Source: a virus (Duplodnaviria > Caudoviricetes). Taken from it: a stretch of DNA of 44,461 nt. A program made the translations under genes and the position numbers. This document shows positions 1-6,518 of this stretch, piece by piece; the first letter of the stretch is position 1; each line of letters begins with the position of its first letter. A model generated the notes under the pieces. It was not told the DNA's origin and did not search any database. It saw nothing but the letters and a program-made list of their open reading frames with translations. Location of the stretch: the IMG/VR virus record IMGVR_UViG_3300017653_000005, positions 1 to 44,461 of that record; one strand, given 5' to 3'.

Positions 1-526
1 CCTGAGGCGTTGCGCCGCCGCCCGTGCGCGGATACAGGTCGAGGATCGCTTGGCGCACGTTGCCGTCCTTGGCCTTGGCCGTGCCGCACAGATGCATCTT
101 CACGTCCTTGCGGTAGACCATTTCCGCCTTCCCGCCCCACGCCTGGACGAACCGACCAATCCAGACGCAGGTTTCGAAGACTTCGCGGCCCACCGGCATG
201 CCGTAGCTGGCGATCATCTCAACCGCGAGCGTCGACGCGCCGCGCGCCAGGACTTTCTCCAGCATCAGCGCGTTGGGCGCAACGCCGGACCCGAGAACCC
301 GATCGCCCAACAGCAAACACCAGCCGGTCTGGTCCGTTCCCGGATCGAGCGCCAGAATTCCTCGGTCCGGCGGAACCGCCACCCGCCGCCGAGCGTATCG
401 CTCGGGCTCGCAGACGAGGCACCCGTCGCAGCCCCGTGCCACGCACTGAAAACGCGTGCGGTCGATTCCCGCCAACGGATCCAACGCAATCTCCGCCTGT
501 GCGGCATTCAGGTCCAATTCGGTCAT
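1..526 (-). CDS. RuvC-like Holliday junction resolvase, 5' part (runs off window start; not in ORF track)
   Basis: ATG at 526 overlaps the helicase stop (ATGA). Hand translation: MTELDL...ILALDPGTDQTGW...LAVEMIASYGMPVG...KDVKMHLCGTAKAKDGNVRQAI...GGGATPQ, with RuvC-type DPG and E motifs. Confidence 0.75.
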   Translation of the reverse strand, partial: MTELDLNAAQAEIALDPLAGIDRTRFQCVARGCDGCLVCEPERYARRRVAVPPDRGILALDPGTDQTGWCLLLGDRVLGSGVAPNALMLEKVLARGASTLAVEMIASYGMPVGREVFETCVWIGRFVQAWGGKAEMVYRKDVKMHLCGTAKAKDGNVRQAILDLYPRTGGGATPQ

Positions 527-1464
527 GCGAGGGCTCCAATCATGTCCAGGGGCTGGCGACGCTTGTCGCCGGTGAATTGCAGGCTGTCGGCGTGGCGCCA
601 GAGCTGGATCCGCCCCTCCCACTCGCCGTGTCGGTTCTTGTCGCAGATCAGCAACGTGTCAGGGGCGTCGTGCGTGTCGGCGGAGACTTCGCCGTCCTTG
701 CGCAGCTCAGCCTCGGCGATCCGCTCCTTTTTCTTGTTCCGCCAGACGGTCAGCATCTGGTCGACCTGGTCGACGATGGCCCCGGAGCCCTTGGCCGAGA
801 ACTTGCCCGGCACCTGGTCCTCGTTCTCACCCTTCTTGGCGTGGTGGACCAGGTGGATGTGCATCCGCAGGTCGCGCGCCAGGGTGCAGAGCATGTCCAC
901 GAAGTCCTTCTGACCGTTGTAGTCGTCCTCGCCGCGCACGCACTTCATCAGGCTGTCGATCACCATGTGGCGCACCTTCAGGCGGTCAGCGCAGTACCGG
1001 ATCACGGCGTACAGCATGGCCGGCGTCACGGTGCCCTGCTGGTCGTACAGCCACAGCCGTTCCCGGGACCAGTCGATCAGACGGTCCACGGCCTGCACGC
1101 TGGGGCGAGCGTTCATCGCGGTCTGCCGCAGCATGCGCTTCAGCGTCGCCTGCGGCTTCATTTCGAACGAGGCGATGCACACCCGTTCCCCCTGGGTCGC
1201 AAAGCCGATGCAGGCCTGGCCCAGCAGCTCGCTCTTGCCGTGGCCGTTGATGCCCTGCCACAGCGTCACCTCGCCCATTCGAAAGCGCAGCAAATCGTGC
1301 GTTTTGGACCACGGCAGCTTGGCGCCGGTGACCTGGTCCCCGTGCTCAACGGTGCGGACCAGGTCGTCGCGCCATGCCTCCGCGGCCAGCACCTTGGCCT
1401 GGGGTTCGGCTTCGGCCATGTAGGCCTGGAAGTCGACGTCGTTGGAACTGATGATCTGGCTCAT
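523..1464 (-). CDS. SF4 replicative helicase (DnaB / T7 gp4-like helicase domain, no primase domain)
   Basis: Walker A GINGHGKS, Walker B MVIDSL, IHLVHH, KGSGAIVDQVD, DKNRHG. ATG at 1464 is coupled to the upstream stop. Confidence 0.88.
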   Translation of the reverse strand: MSQIISSNDVDFQAYMAEAEPQAKVLAAEAWRDDLVRTVEHGDQVTGAKLPWSKTHDLLRFRMGEVTLWQGINGHGKSELLGQACIGFATQGERVCIASFEMKPQATLKRMLRQTAMNARPSVQAVDRLIDWSRERLWLYDQQGTVTPAMLYAVIRYCADRLKVRHMVIDSLMKCVRGEDDYNGQKDFVDMLCTLARDLRMHIHLVHHAKKGENEDQVPGKFSAKGSGAIVDQVDQMLTVWRNKKKERIAEAELRKDGEVSADTHDAPDTLLICDKNRHGEWEGRIQLWRHADSLQFTGDKRRQPLDMIGALA

Positions 1465-1832
1465 ACCCGCAGCTCCCGCAGGCCAGTGGCCGGATCCCAC
1501 AGCAGGATCCCCCACTCACCCGATGCGATCGCTTTGGCGGGCGAGAAGTCGCGGACACGGCGCAGCAGCTGCATGGCGCGGGCCCGGGTCGGCGACACGA
1601 TGTGCACGACCAACCCGACGACGACCCGCAGGTCCAGCGCCGCGGCGTTCTCGTCGTCGTGGATGTGGATGTCCGGGAACCCTACCCAGCGCCCGTTCGT
1701 CATCTGCCCGAGCTGGGCTTCCGGGTGGGTGAAGCGCCCGCAGGGTTGTTCGGCAGTCAGGCAAGTCAGCCAGACGTCGGTGGGCCGGTAGCCGGCCATG
1801 CGGGCCGCGATGAGGGTCTGGTGTCCGATCAC
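1461..1832 (-). CDS. Hypothetical protein in replication module
   Basis: GTGA overlap with the initiator stop and ATGA overlap with the helicase start; 123 aa. Confidence 0.75.
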   Translation of the reverse strand: MIGHQTLIAARMAGYRPTDVWLTCLTAEQPCGRFTHPEAQLGQMTNGRWVGFPDIHIHDDENAAALDLRVVVGLVVHIVSPTRARAMQLLRRVRDFSPAKAIASGEWGILLWDPATGLRELRV

Positions 1833-2548
1833 ACCGCGCCCTCCCACGGCTGGGCGCCGCCCTCGCCACCGAACAGGCCGGGCATCGGAGGCATGTCATC
1901 CTCCCAGCGTCGGCCGTTCAGGTACGTGGCCGGAGCAGGCTCGTAACCGCGTTTCCACTGCTCGGACTCGCACATCGCCTCGACGTGCTTGACGATTTCG
2001 TCCGCCAGGGTCTCCAGCCCGTGCCGTTTCCAGCGTTTGCAGCAGTCGGCCTTGTCGACCTTTCGCGGAGACTTCGGCCAAGCAGCCCAGAATCGGATGA
2101 AACCGGGTGGCACGTCGGCGCCAGCCGACAGGGGGTTTTCTTTTTTCCTTTCCTTATCCTCTCCACTCCACTCCGGGGGTGAGGACTCGACGATCACTCG
2201 GCGAGGGGGTGTTTCATCATCGGGCTTATAGGGTGGGTGCTTGTACGTCGGACGGTCGATTTTTTGGTGATGCCAACCCGTTACGTGCAGGAAGTCCTTG
2301 TTTTCAAAGGAGTAATAGACAATCAGGCCATTCGACGACAACTCGTCGAGCAGTTCCTGAATGCTCGACGACAAGATATCGTCTCCAGGGAACACGTTGG
2401 CCTTGATCGTCTTCGCACTGGCCACGTAGTTGCCTGCGTCGTCGCAGAAATTCCACAGGCCGATGAACAGTAGGCGAGCAATCGGCGAGCAGTTCATGAC
2501 CTGTTCGCTGGTCCAGAATTCGGGTTTGATAGATCGGATGCGGGCCAT
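1829..2548 (-). CDS. Phage replication initiator (lambda O-analogous)
   Basis: N-terminus [12 protein letters not shown]...ARLLFIGLWNFCDDAG and C-terminal FIRFWAAWPK...PATYLNGRRWED, typical of phage replisome organisers. Lies upstream of the helicase. Confidence 0.85.
   Translation of the reverse strand: MARIRSIKPEFWTSEQVMNCSPIARLLFIGLWNFCDDAGNYVASAKTIKANVFPGDDILSSSIQELLDELSSNGLIVYYSFENKDFLHVTGWHHQKIDRPTYKHPPYKPDDETPPRRVIVESSPPEWSGEDKERKKENPLSAGADVPPGFIRFWAAWPKSPRKVDKADCCKRWKRHGLETLADEIVKHVEAMCESEQWKRGYEPAPATYLNGRRWEDDMPPMPGLFGGEGGAQPWEGAV
2185..2373. repeat. Candidate iterons / replication origin inside the initiator gene
   Basis: Variants of CTCGACGA at 2185, 2196, 2330, 2341 and 2363, spaced 11, 11 and 22 bp within the clusters, next to a pyrimidine-rich tract at about 2136-2174. 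Confidence 0.5.
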
Positions 2549-2991
2549 TACACGGCCTCCTTGAACTTGTCGCTGTTGGCGGCCATCTTCTCGGCGCGAA
2601 CGGACTCCCAGCGCGTGTATGCCCAGTCCCAGGTGGCGCGCTTGACCTCGCGGTCAATGTGAGCGGTGTTGAGCTTCGCCATGGGGTGGTGTTCACGACC
2701 CTGCCTTACGCCGACTGCGCGGCCCTTGCGCGCCATGTCCGTCTGGTTCTCTGCGGGTGTGCCCAGGAACAAGTGCGCGGGGTTCACGCATGAAGGGGTG
2801 TCGCAGGAATGGCACACGTACATACCCGCTGGAATCTCGCCGACGAGCAAGCGGAACGAAGCGCAATGGGCGCCGACAACCTTTCCGCCAAGATAGAAAT
2901 TGCCGTAGCCGGTGGCCTTTTTGGCACCCCTCCATTGCCAGCAGCCCTCGGTGCGCACTACCTTCGCCAGGAATCTTTCGAGGGGAGTCAT
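2548..2991 (-). CDS. HNH homing endonuclease
   Basis: CWQWRG...GYG...AH...[28 protein letters not shown] motif; coupled to neighbours by TGATG and TAATG overlaps. Confidence 0.88.
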   Translation of the reverse strand: MTPLERFLAKVVRTEGCWQWRGAKKATGYGNFYLGGKVVGAHCASFRLLVGEIPAGMYVCHSCDTPSCVNPAHLFLGTPAENQTDMARKGRAVGVRQGREHHPMAKLNTAHIDREVKRATWDWAYTRWESVRAEKMAANSDKFKEAV

Positions 2992-3398
2992 CAGCGCACC
3001 CATCCCGGAATCTCGTCGGGCCCGGACCAGCGCACGCCGCGCTCAGAACCGAAGGCGTCGATCAGGTCGATCAGCTCGCCCATCTTGCGCTGGCTCATCC
3101 CGCTGGTGCTCTCCCCCAGCATGACGAAGCCACCGCGCAGGCCCGCGGCAATGCGCTGCTCCTGGTTCAGGCTGGCGGTGAAGATGTCCTTCCAGGCCTC
3201 GGGGGATAGCTGCTCTTCCACGCCGTTGACCGGCCAGCGCAACTGGCGCGCCACGTCATTCAGCATGGCCCACATCTTCGCGTTGAGAGACAGCTTGCGC
3301 GTGGGCTCAGCCGGCGGCAGGAAGAAGAAGCCATCCGGCGCCGCGTCGATCGCCTGGTGCGCGCGCTGGCGCGTGCGGGAGTTCAGCGGATACCGCAT
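2991..3398 (-). CDS. ninB: NinB-like recombination protein
   Basis: [21 protein letters not shown]...EAWKDIF...[30 protein letters not shown] matches NinB family motifs. Confidence 0.82.
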   Translation of the reverse strand: MRYPLNSRTRQRAHQAIDAAPDGFFFLPPAEPTRKLSLNAKMWAMLNDVARQLRWPVNGVEEQLSPEAWKDIFTASLNQEQRIAAGLRGGFVMLGESTSGMSQRKMGELIDLIDAFGSERGVRWSGPDEIPGWVR

Positions 3399-3400
3399 TC

Positions 3401-3709
3401 TTACCTCGTCCCGCACTCGCCCATGCCGGCACGTGCGCAGTGGCAATTTGCCCCGATCTTGGCTCCGTAGGCCAGGAAGTCCATGTAATCAGGGCTGGTA
3501 ACCACCATGCCCAGGACCTCGATCGCAGCGTCGATCTTGTCGATCGTCAGCCCCATCTGGCCAGAAAGAAAGCGGCTGACCTGGCTGTCGTCCCAGCCAA
3601 GCCGGTCACGGGCCTTCGCGCGCGTCGACGGGTCAGTCAGCGCTTGGCGAAAAGCCCGCTCCATCGAGGGCTTTTGCATGTGGAAATGCACCGGTGCAGG
3701 CGCGTTCAT
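3401..3709 (-). CDS. cII: CII-like transcriptional activator
   Basis: HTH ARDRLGWDDSQVSRFLSG resembles lambda CII; lies downstream of cro. Confidence 0.65.
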   Translation of the reverse strand: MNAPAPVHFHMQKPSMERAFRQALTDPSTRAKARDRLGWDDSQVSRFLSGQMGLTIDKIDAAIEVLGMVVTSPDYMDFLAYGAKIGANCHCARAGMGECGTR

Positions 3710-3735
3710 GGTCGTTCAACCTTCTGAAAAAAGAG

Positions 3736-3768
3736 CTGCGTGCGGTTGCACGCGGGGCCGCGCAAACT
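3736..3768 (+). promoter_or_regulatory. pRE-like CII-activated promoter
   Basis: CTGC-GTGCGG-TTGC (lambda CII site is TTGC-N6-TTGC), 17-bp spacer, -10 CAAACT. Located just upstream of cII and pointing towards cI. Confidence 0.55.
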
Positions 3769-3796
3769 GGCGGCATCGATACAACGGAGTCGCGAA

Positions 3797-3961
3797 ATGA
3801 CCGAAACCGAGAAACTGCTTGCTGCCGCCCAGGAAATCGCCAGGCGTGCCTTCGATGACCCGTCGGAAAAGACGGTCATGGACCTTTTCGACGAGCTGCG
3901 CGCAGAGCGCGACCGCCGGGCCTGGGAAGGCTCCGACGCCGCAGGCGCGACGGTGCACTGA
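3797..3961 (+). CDS. Small hypothetical protein, antisense to the pR operon
   Basis: GGAG RBS, ATG 3797; 54-aa helical-looking MTETEKLLAAAQEIARRAFDDPSE. Confidence 0.65.
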   Translation: MTETEKLLAAAQEIARRAFDDPSEKTVMDLFDELRAERDRRAWEGSDAAGATVH

Positions 3962-4022
3962 GCCATGGCCAGCATCGAACTGGGCGGCCATCCCCAATCG
4001 GATACGATGGAATTTCCACATA

Positions 4023-4331
4023 TCAACCGTTTCCGAAAGGGGATTGACCATGAGCGACACGATTTCCCTGTCCTGCGCGAAGTGCGGCAGCACAGAATTC
4101 AGATATCCGGACGGTATCCAGGCAAACCTGCAGGACGACGACACGATCACCTGCAACGGGTGTGGCGCAGAAGGCAAATACGGAGCCATCATGGAAAGCG
4201 CGAAGAAGCAGGCCATGGATCAGATCAAGACCAGCCTCGGGAAACTGTTCAAGTAGTCGCCCGATCATTCGCTCGAGGGCGGCCGACGCTAATGCAGTGT
4301 CGGCCTGTAGGGTCAAAATCTGGTCTGACAT
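4023..4331 (-). CDS. Possible bridge ORF between cro and cII
   Basis: ATG overlaps the cro stop (TGATG). Most of it lies antisense to 4050-4256. Confidence 0.35.
   Translation of the reverse strand: MSDQILTLQADTALASAALERMIGRLLEQFPEAGLDLIHGLLLRAFHDGSVFAFCATPVAGDRVVVLQVCLDTVRISEFCAAALRAGQGNRVAHGQSPFGNG
4050..4256 (+). CDS. Small zinc-ribbon protein, antisense to the pR operon
   Basis: AAGGGGA RBS; CAKC...CNGC Cys pairs; 68 aa. Confidence 0.75.
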   Translation: MSDTISLSCAKCGSTEFRYPDGIQANLQDDDTITCNGCGAEGKYGAIMESAKKQAMDQIKTSLGKLFK

Positions 4332-4570
4332 CAAGCCGCCTCCTGCCGCTCGGCCAGCTCGGGCCAGACGCGGGACCAGTCGCCGGGACGCAGATCACGG
4401 CGGCTTACTTCGCCGCCGGTGGCCCGCTCTATCGCTGCGCAATGCTCGACCGGAACAGGTCGGCGGCCCGTGCGCCACTGATAGACGAGTGCCGGGGACA
4501 CTCCGACCTCGCGCGCCAGCGCTGCAGCACTGGTGGCGTCTTCCCGGTTGAGATATCGATTCAGGTCCAT
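4331..4570 (-). CDS. cro: Cro-like (YdaS family) repressor
   Basis: SAAALAREVGVSPALVYQWRTGRRPVP...IERATGGEVSRRDLRP; divergent from cI. Confidence 0.88.
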   Translation of the reverse strand: MDLNRYLNREDATSAAALAREVGVSPALVYQWRTGRRPVPVEHCAAIERATGGEVSRRDLRPGDWSRVWPELAERQEAA

Positions 4571-4577
4571 GGCCCAA

Positions 4578-4640
4578 ACTATAGCGTTGCTACAGTTCAA
4601 ACACAAGCCATGCTACAGAATAAATTGAATAGCATCGCTA
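4578..4640. promoter_or_regulatory. OR region: three operators (TAGC-N3-GCTA) with divergent pR and pRM
   Basis: Operators at 4582-4592 TAGCGTTGCTA, 4605-4615 AAGCCATGCTA and 4630-4640 TAGCATCGCTA. pR on the minus strand is TTGTGT-17-TATAGT (4606-4578). pRM -10 TAGCAT at 4630-4635. Confidence 0.8.
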
Positions 4641-4641
4641 T

Positions 4642-5754
4642 ATGAGAATTTGGACCATCGAGGAAGAAGCGGCAGCGCTGCGCGAACGCTTTCAGGGCGT
4701 AAACCGCGCCGCGTTCGCACGCGACCATGAGGTCAAGGGTGGGCAGGCGATGATCTACCAGCACATTACCGGCCGCCGCCCTATCAGCATTGAGGCTGCC
4801 ATGGCCTACGCGGCCGGCTTCAATTGCAAGCTCGAGGAAATCAGCCCACGCCTTGCTCTGGAGGCACAAAAAGCGGCCGCGCTGTCGTCTGAGACGATCG
4901 CGCCTCAAGTCTCCGAATCCTCCGTCTGGCCCTTCCCCTCCATCTCCGAAGCGGACGTGCGCGCCCTCTCCCCTGGCCAGCTTGGGCAGTTGGAAGGTGC
5001 CATCGCCCTGGCGATAGGACAGCTTCGACTCGGCGTGGATGTTGCTCCGGCCCAACGCGCCGCCGCGCCGGCTCCGCGATCCGGCGGCTTGGTCGACATC
5101 GACGCCGCGGCGGATGAGTTCCCGATGCGCATTGGCGGCGTCCCGGCGCCGTGGGAGCCCGGCGGCACGACTACCAGGCAGATGGAACGCCATAGCCAGG
5201 GCCTGCGCATCAGCCAGGCGGTCAATGTCGGGCACGTCGAAGACTCGGGCTACTCCGCGAACGACCACGAATTCATTCCCATCCCCGAGCTGGACGTGCG
5301 CCTAGCGGCGGGCAAGCTCGGCATAGAGAACTATCAGGAGACAGAAATTGGCCAGATTCTGCTCCGCCGATCATTCCTCGAGTCATTCAAGCGGCCGATC
5401 AAGCGCATGCGCATCTGCTATGGCAATGGTCCTAGCATGGAGCCCGTCATCCGCCATCGGAACCCGATGCTTGTCGATGTCCACCCGGTCTCGCTGGATG
5501 AAGTCCAACCGCGTTTCGTCTATGCCATCAATCGGGGCGGAAAGATGATCGTGAAATGCCTGGAGCGCTGGAAGGATGGGCGGTGGATGGCCATTTCAAC
5601 CAATCCTGCCCCAGAGCATCATCCGTTCCCCCTGGCTACCGATGACGGAGGCGAGGTACGCATCATAGGCACCGTGCTGTGGTCCCCCTACGACCTGCGC
5701 AATGGAGTGGATGAGCGACTGTTGCAAGGCTGGCATCAGGCCTCGGGATGGTGA
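4642..5754 (+). CDS. cI: CI repressor, HTH plus S24 autopeptidase, unusually long (370 aa)
   Basis: N-terminal HTH; LAAG Ala-Gly cleavage site; catalytic Ser (GPSMEP) and Lys (IVKCL). Confidence 0.9.
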   Translation: MRIWTIEEEAAALRERFQGVNRAAFARDHEVKGGQAMIYQHITGRRPISIEAAMAYAAGFNCKLEEISPRLALEAQKAAALSSETIAPQVSESSVWPFPSISEADVRALSPGQLGQLEGAIALAIGQLRLGVDVAPAQRAAAPAPRSGGLVDIDAAADEFPMRIGGVPAPWEPGGTTTRQMERHSQGLRISQAVNVGHVEDSGYSANDHEFIPIPELDVRLAAGKLGIENYQETEIGQILLRRSFLESFKRPIKRMRICYGNGPSMEPVIRHRNPMLVDVHPVSLDEVQPRFVYAINRGGKMIVKCLERWKDGRWMAISTNPAPEHHPFPLATDDGGEVRIIGTVLWSPYDLRNGVDERLLQGWHQASGW

Positions 5755-5883
5755 GGCGAGTACGAATGCCGGTGCGGGTGCTTGGGCGCCCCGTTTGGGC
5801 TGGGGTTCGCCTAGCTTAAATGTTGCTCGGCCTGATTGCGGCGTACGCGCCTTTTCAAGACCCTTTGATCTGAGTGTGACGAA

Positions 5884-6273
5884 ATGCGAATTCTTGGTCT
5901 TAGTGCATCAATCCTTGCCATCGTGGCGCTGAATGGATGCGCCCAACGCCCGCCCACGCAATCGCTTGCGCCGCCTCAGCCAACACCGACATGCTCTTCG
6001 GAAGTGAGCTGTGCGCAAAAATGGGCTGATGCGCGAGAGGCCATCCAGTCGGTAGTCGGAATGCGGCTTCGCACCACCACCGACACCTACCTGGAAACCT
6101 ACGTTAGAAACCGGATGCCGTTTCTCGTAGGGAAGGTCGAGAAGGTGCCCTTGGGCGGCACTAAGTACGAAATTAGAGGGCGTGTTGAATGCGCCGATCG
6201 CAATCCTTCGTTGTGCGGGAACCTGCCTTATACGGGAACGAACGCCTTCAACGCGATAGTCGGGACAGAATAA
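5884..6273 (+). CDS. Lipoprotein moron, superinfection-exclusion candidate
   Basis: Signal MRILGLSASILAIVALNG-C (lipobox), four further Cys; downstream of cI. Confidence 0.7.
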   Translation: MRILGLSASILAIVALNGCAQRPPTQSLAPPQPTPTCSSEVSCAQKWADAREAIQSVVGMRLRTTTDTYLETYVRNRMPFLVGKVEKVPLGGTKYEIRGRVECADRNPSLCGNLPYTGTNAFNAIVGTE

Positions 6274-6287
6274 TTTGCCCAAGAAAA

Positions 6288-6404
6288 GGCGGCCGCTGGG
6301 TGGTCCGGTCATTCAACGAACGCTACCAGGACGTCCCGCTGGAGAACGGCGCGCCGGTCCGAGTGCTTGGGCGTGTAGTGTGGGCTGGAGTGCGGCTGGC
6401 GTGA
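6288..6404 (+). pseudogene. Remnant C-terminus of a second S24-type repressor
   Basis: GGRWVVRSFNERYQDVPLENGAPVRVLGRVVW parallels the end of S24 domains (compare CI GRWMAISTNP...VRIIGTVLW); no matching start. Confidence 0.65.
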
Positions 6405-6518
6405 GGGATGGTGAGGCGGGGCGGTAGGGGCCTACGTAGAACCGCTATAAGATTCACGAAATGGATTGCCCTACGAGGCGCAACTCTCCCGACACATAAA
6501 ATATTGAAGGAGTAACCC

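Noticed and set aside
10-1791. 593-aa plus-strand ORF
   Set aside because: Antisense to the coupled replication genes; low-complexity Arg/Pro-rich translation.
3401-4570. YdaS/YdaT toxin-antitoxin pair
   Set aside because: Position, operators and motifs fit Cro and CII of a lambdoid switch.
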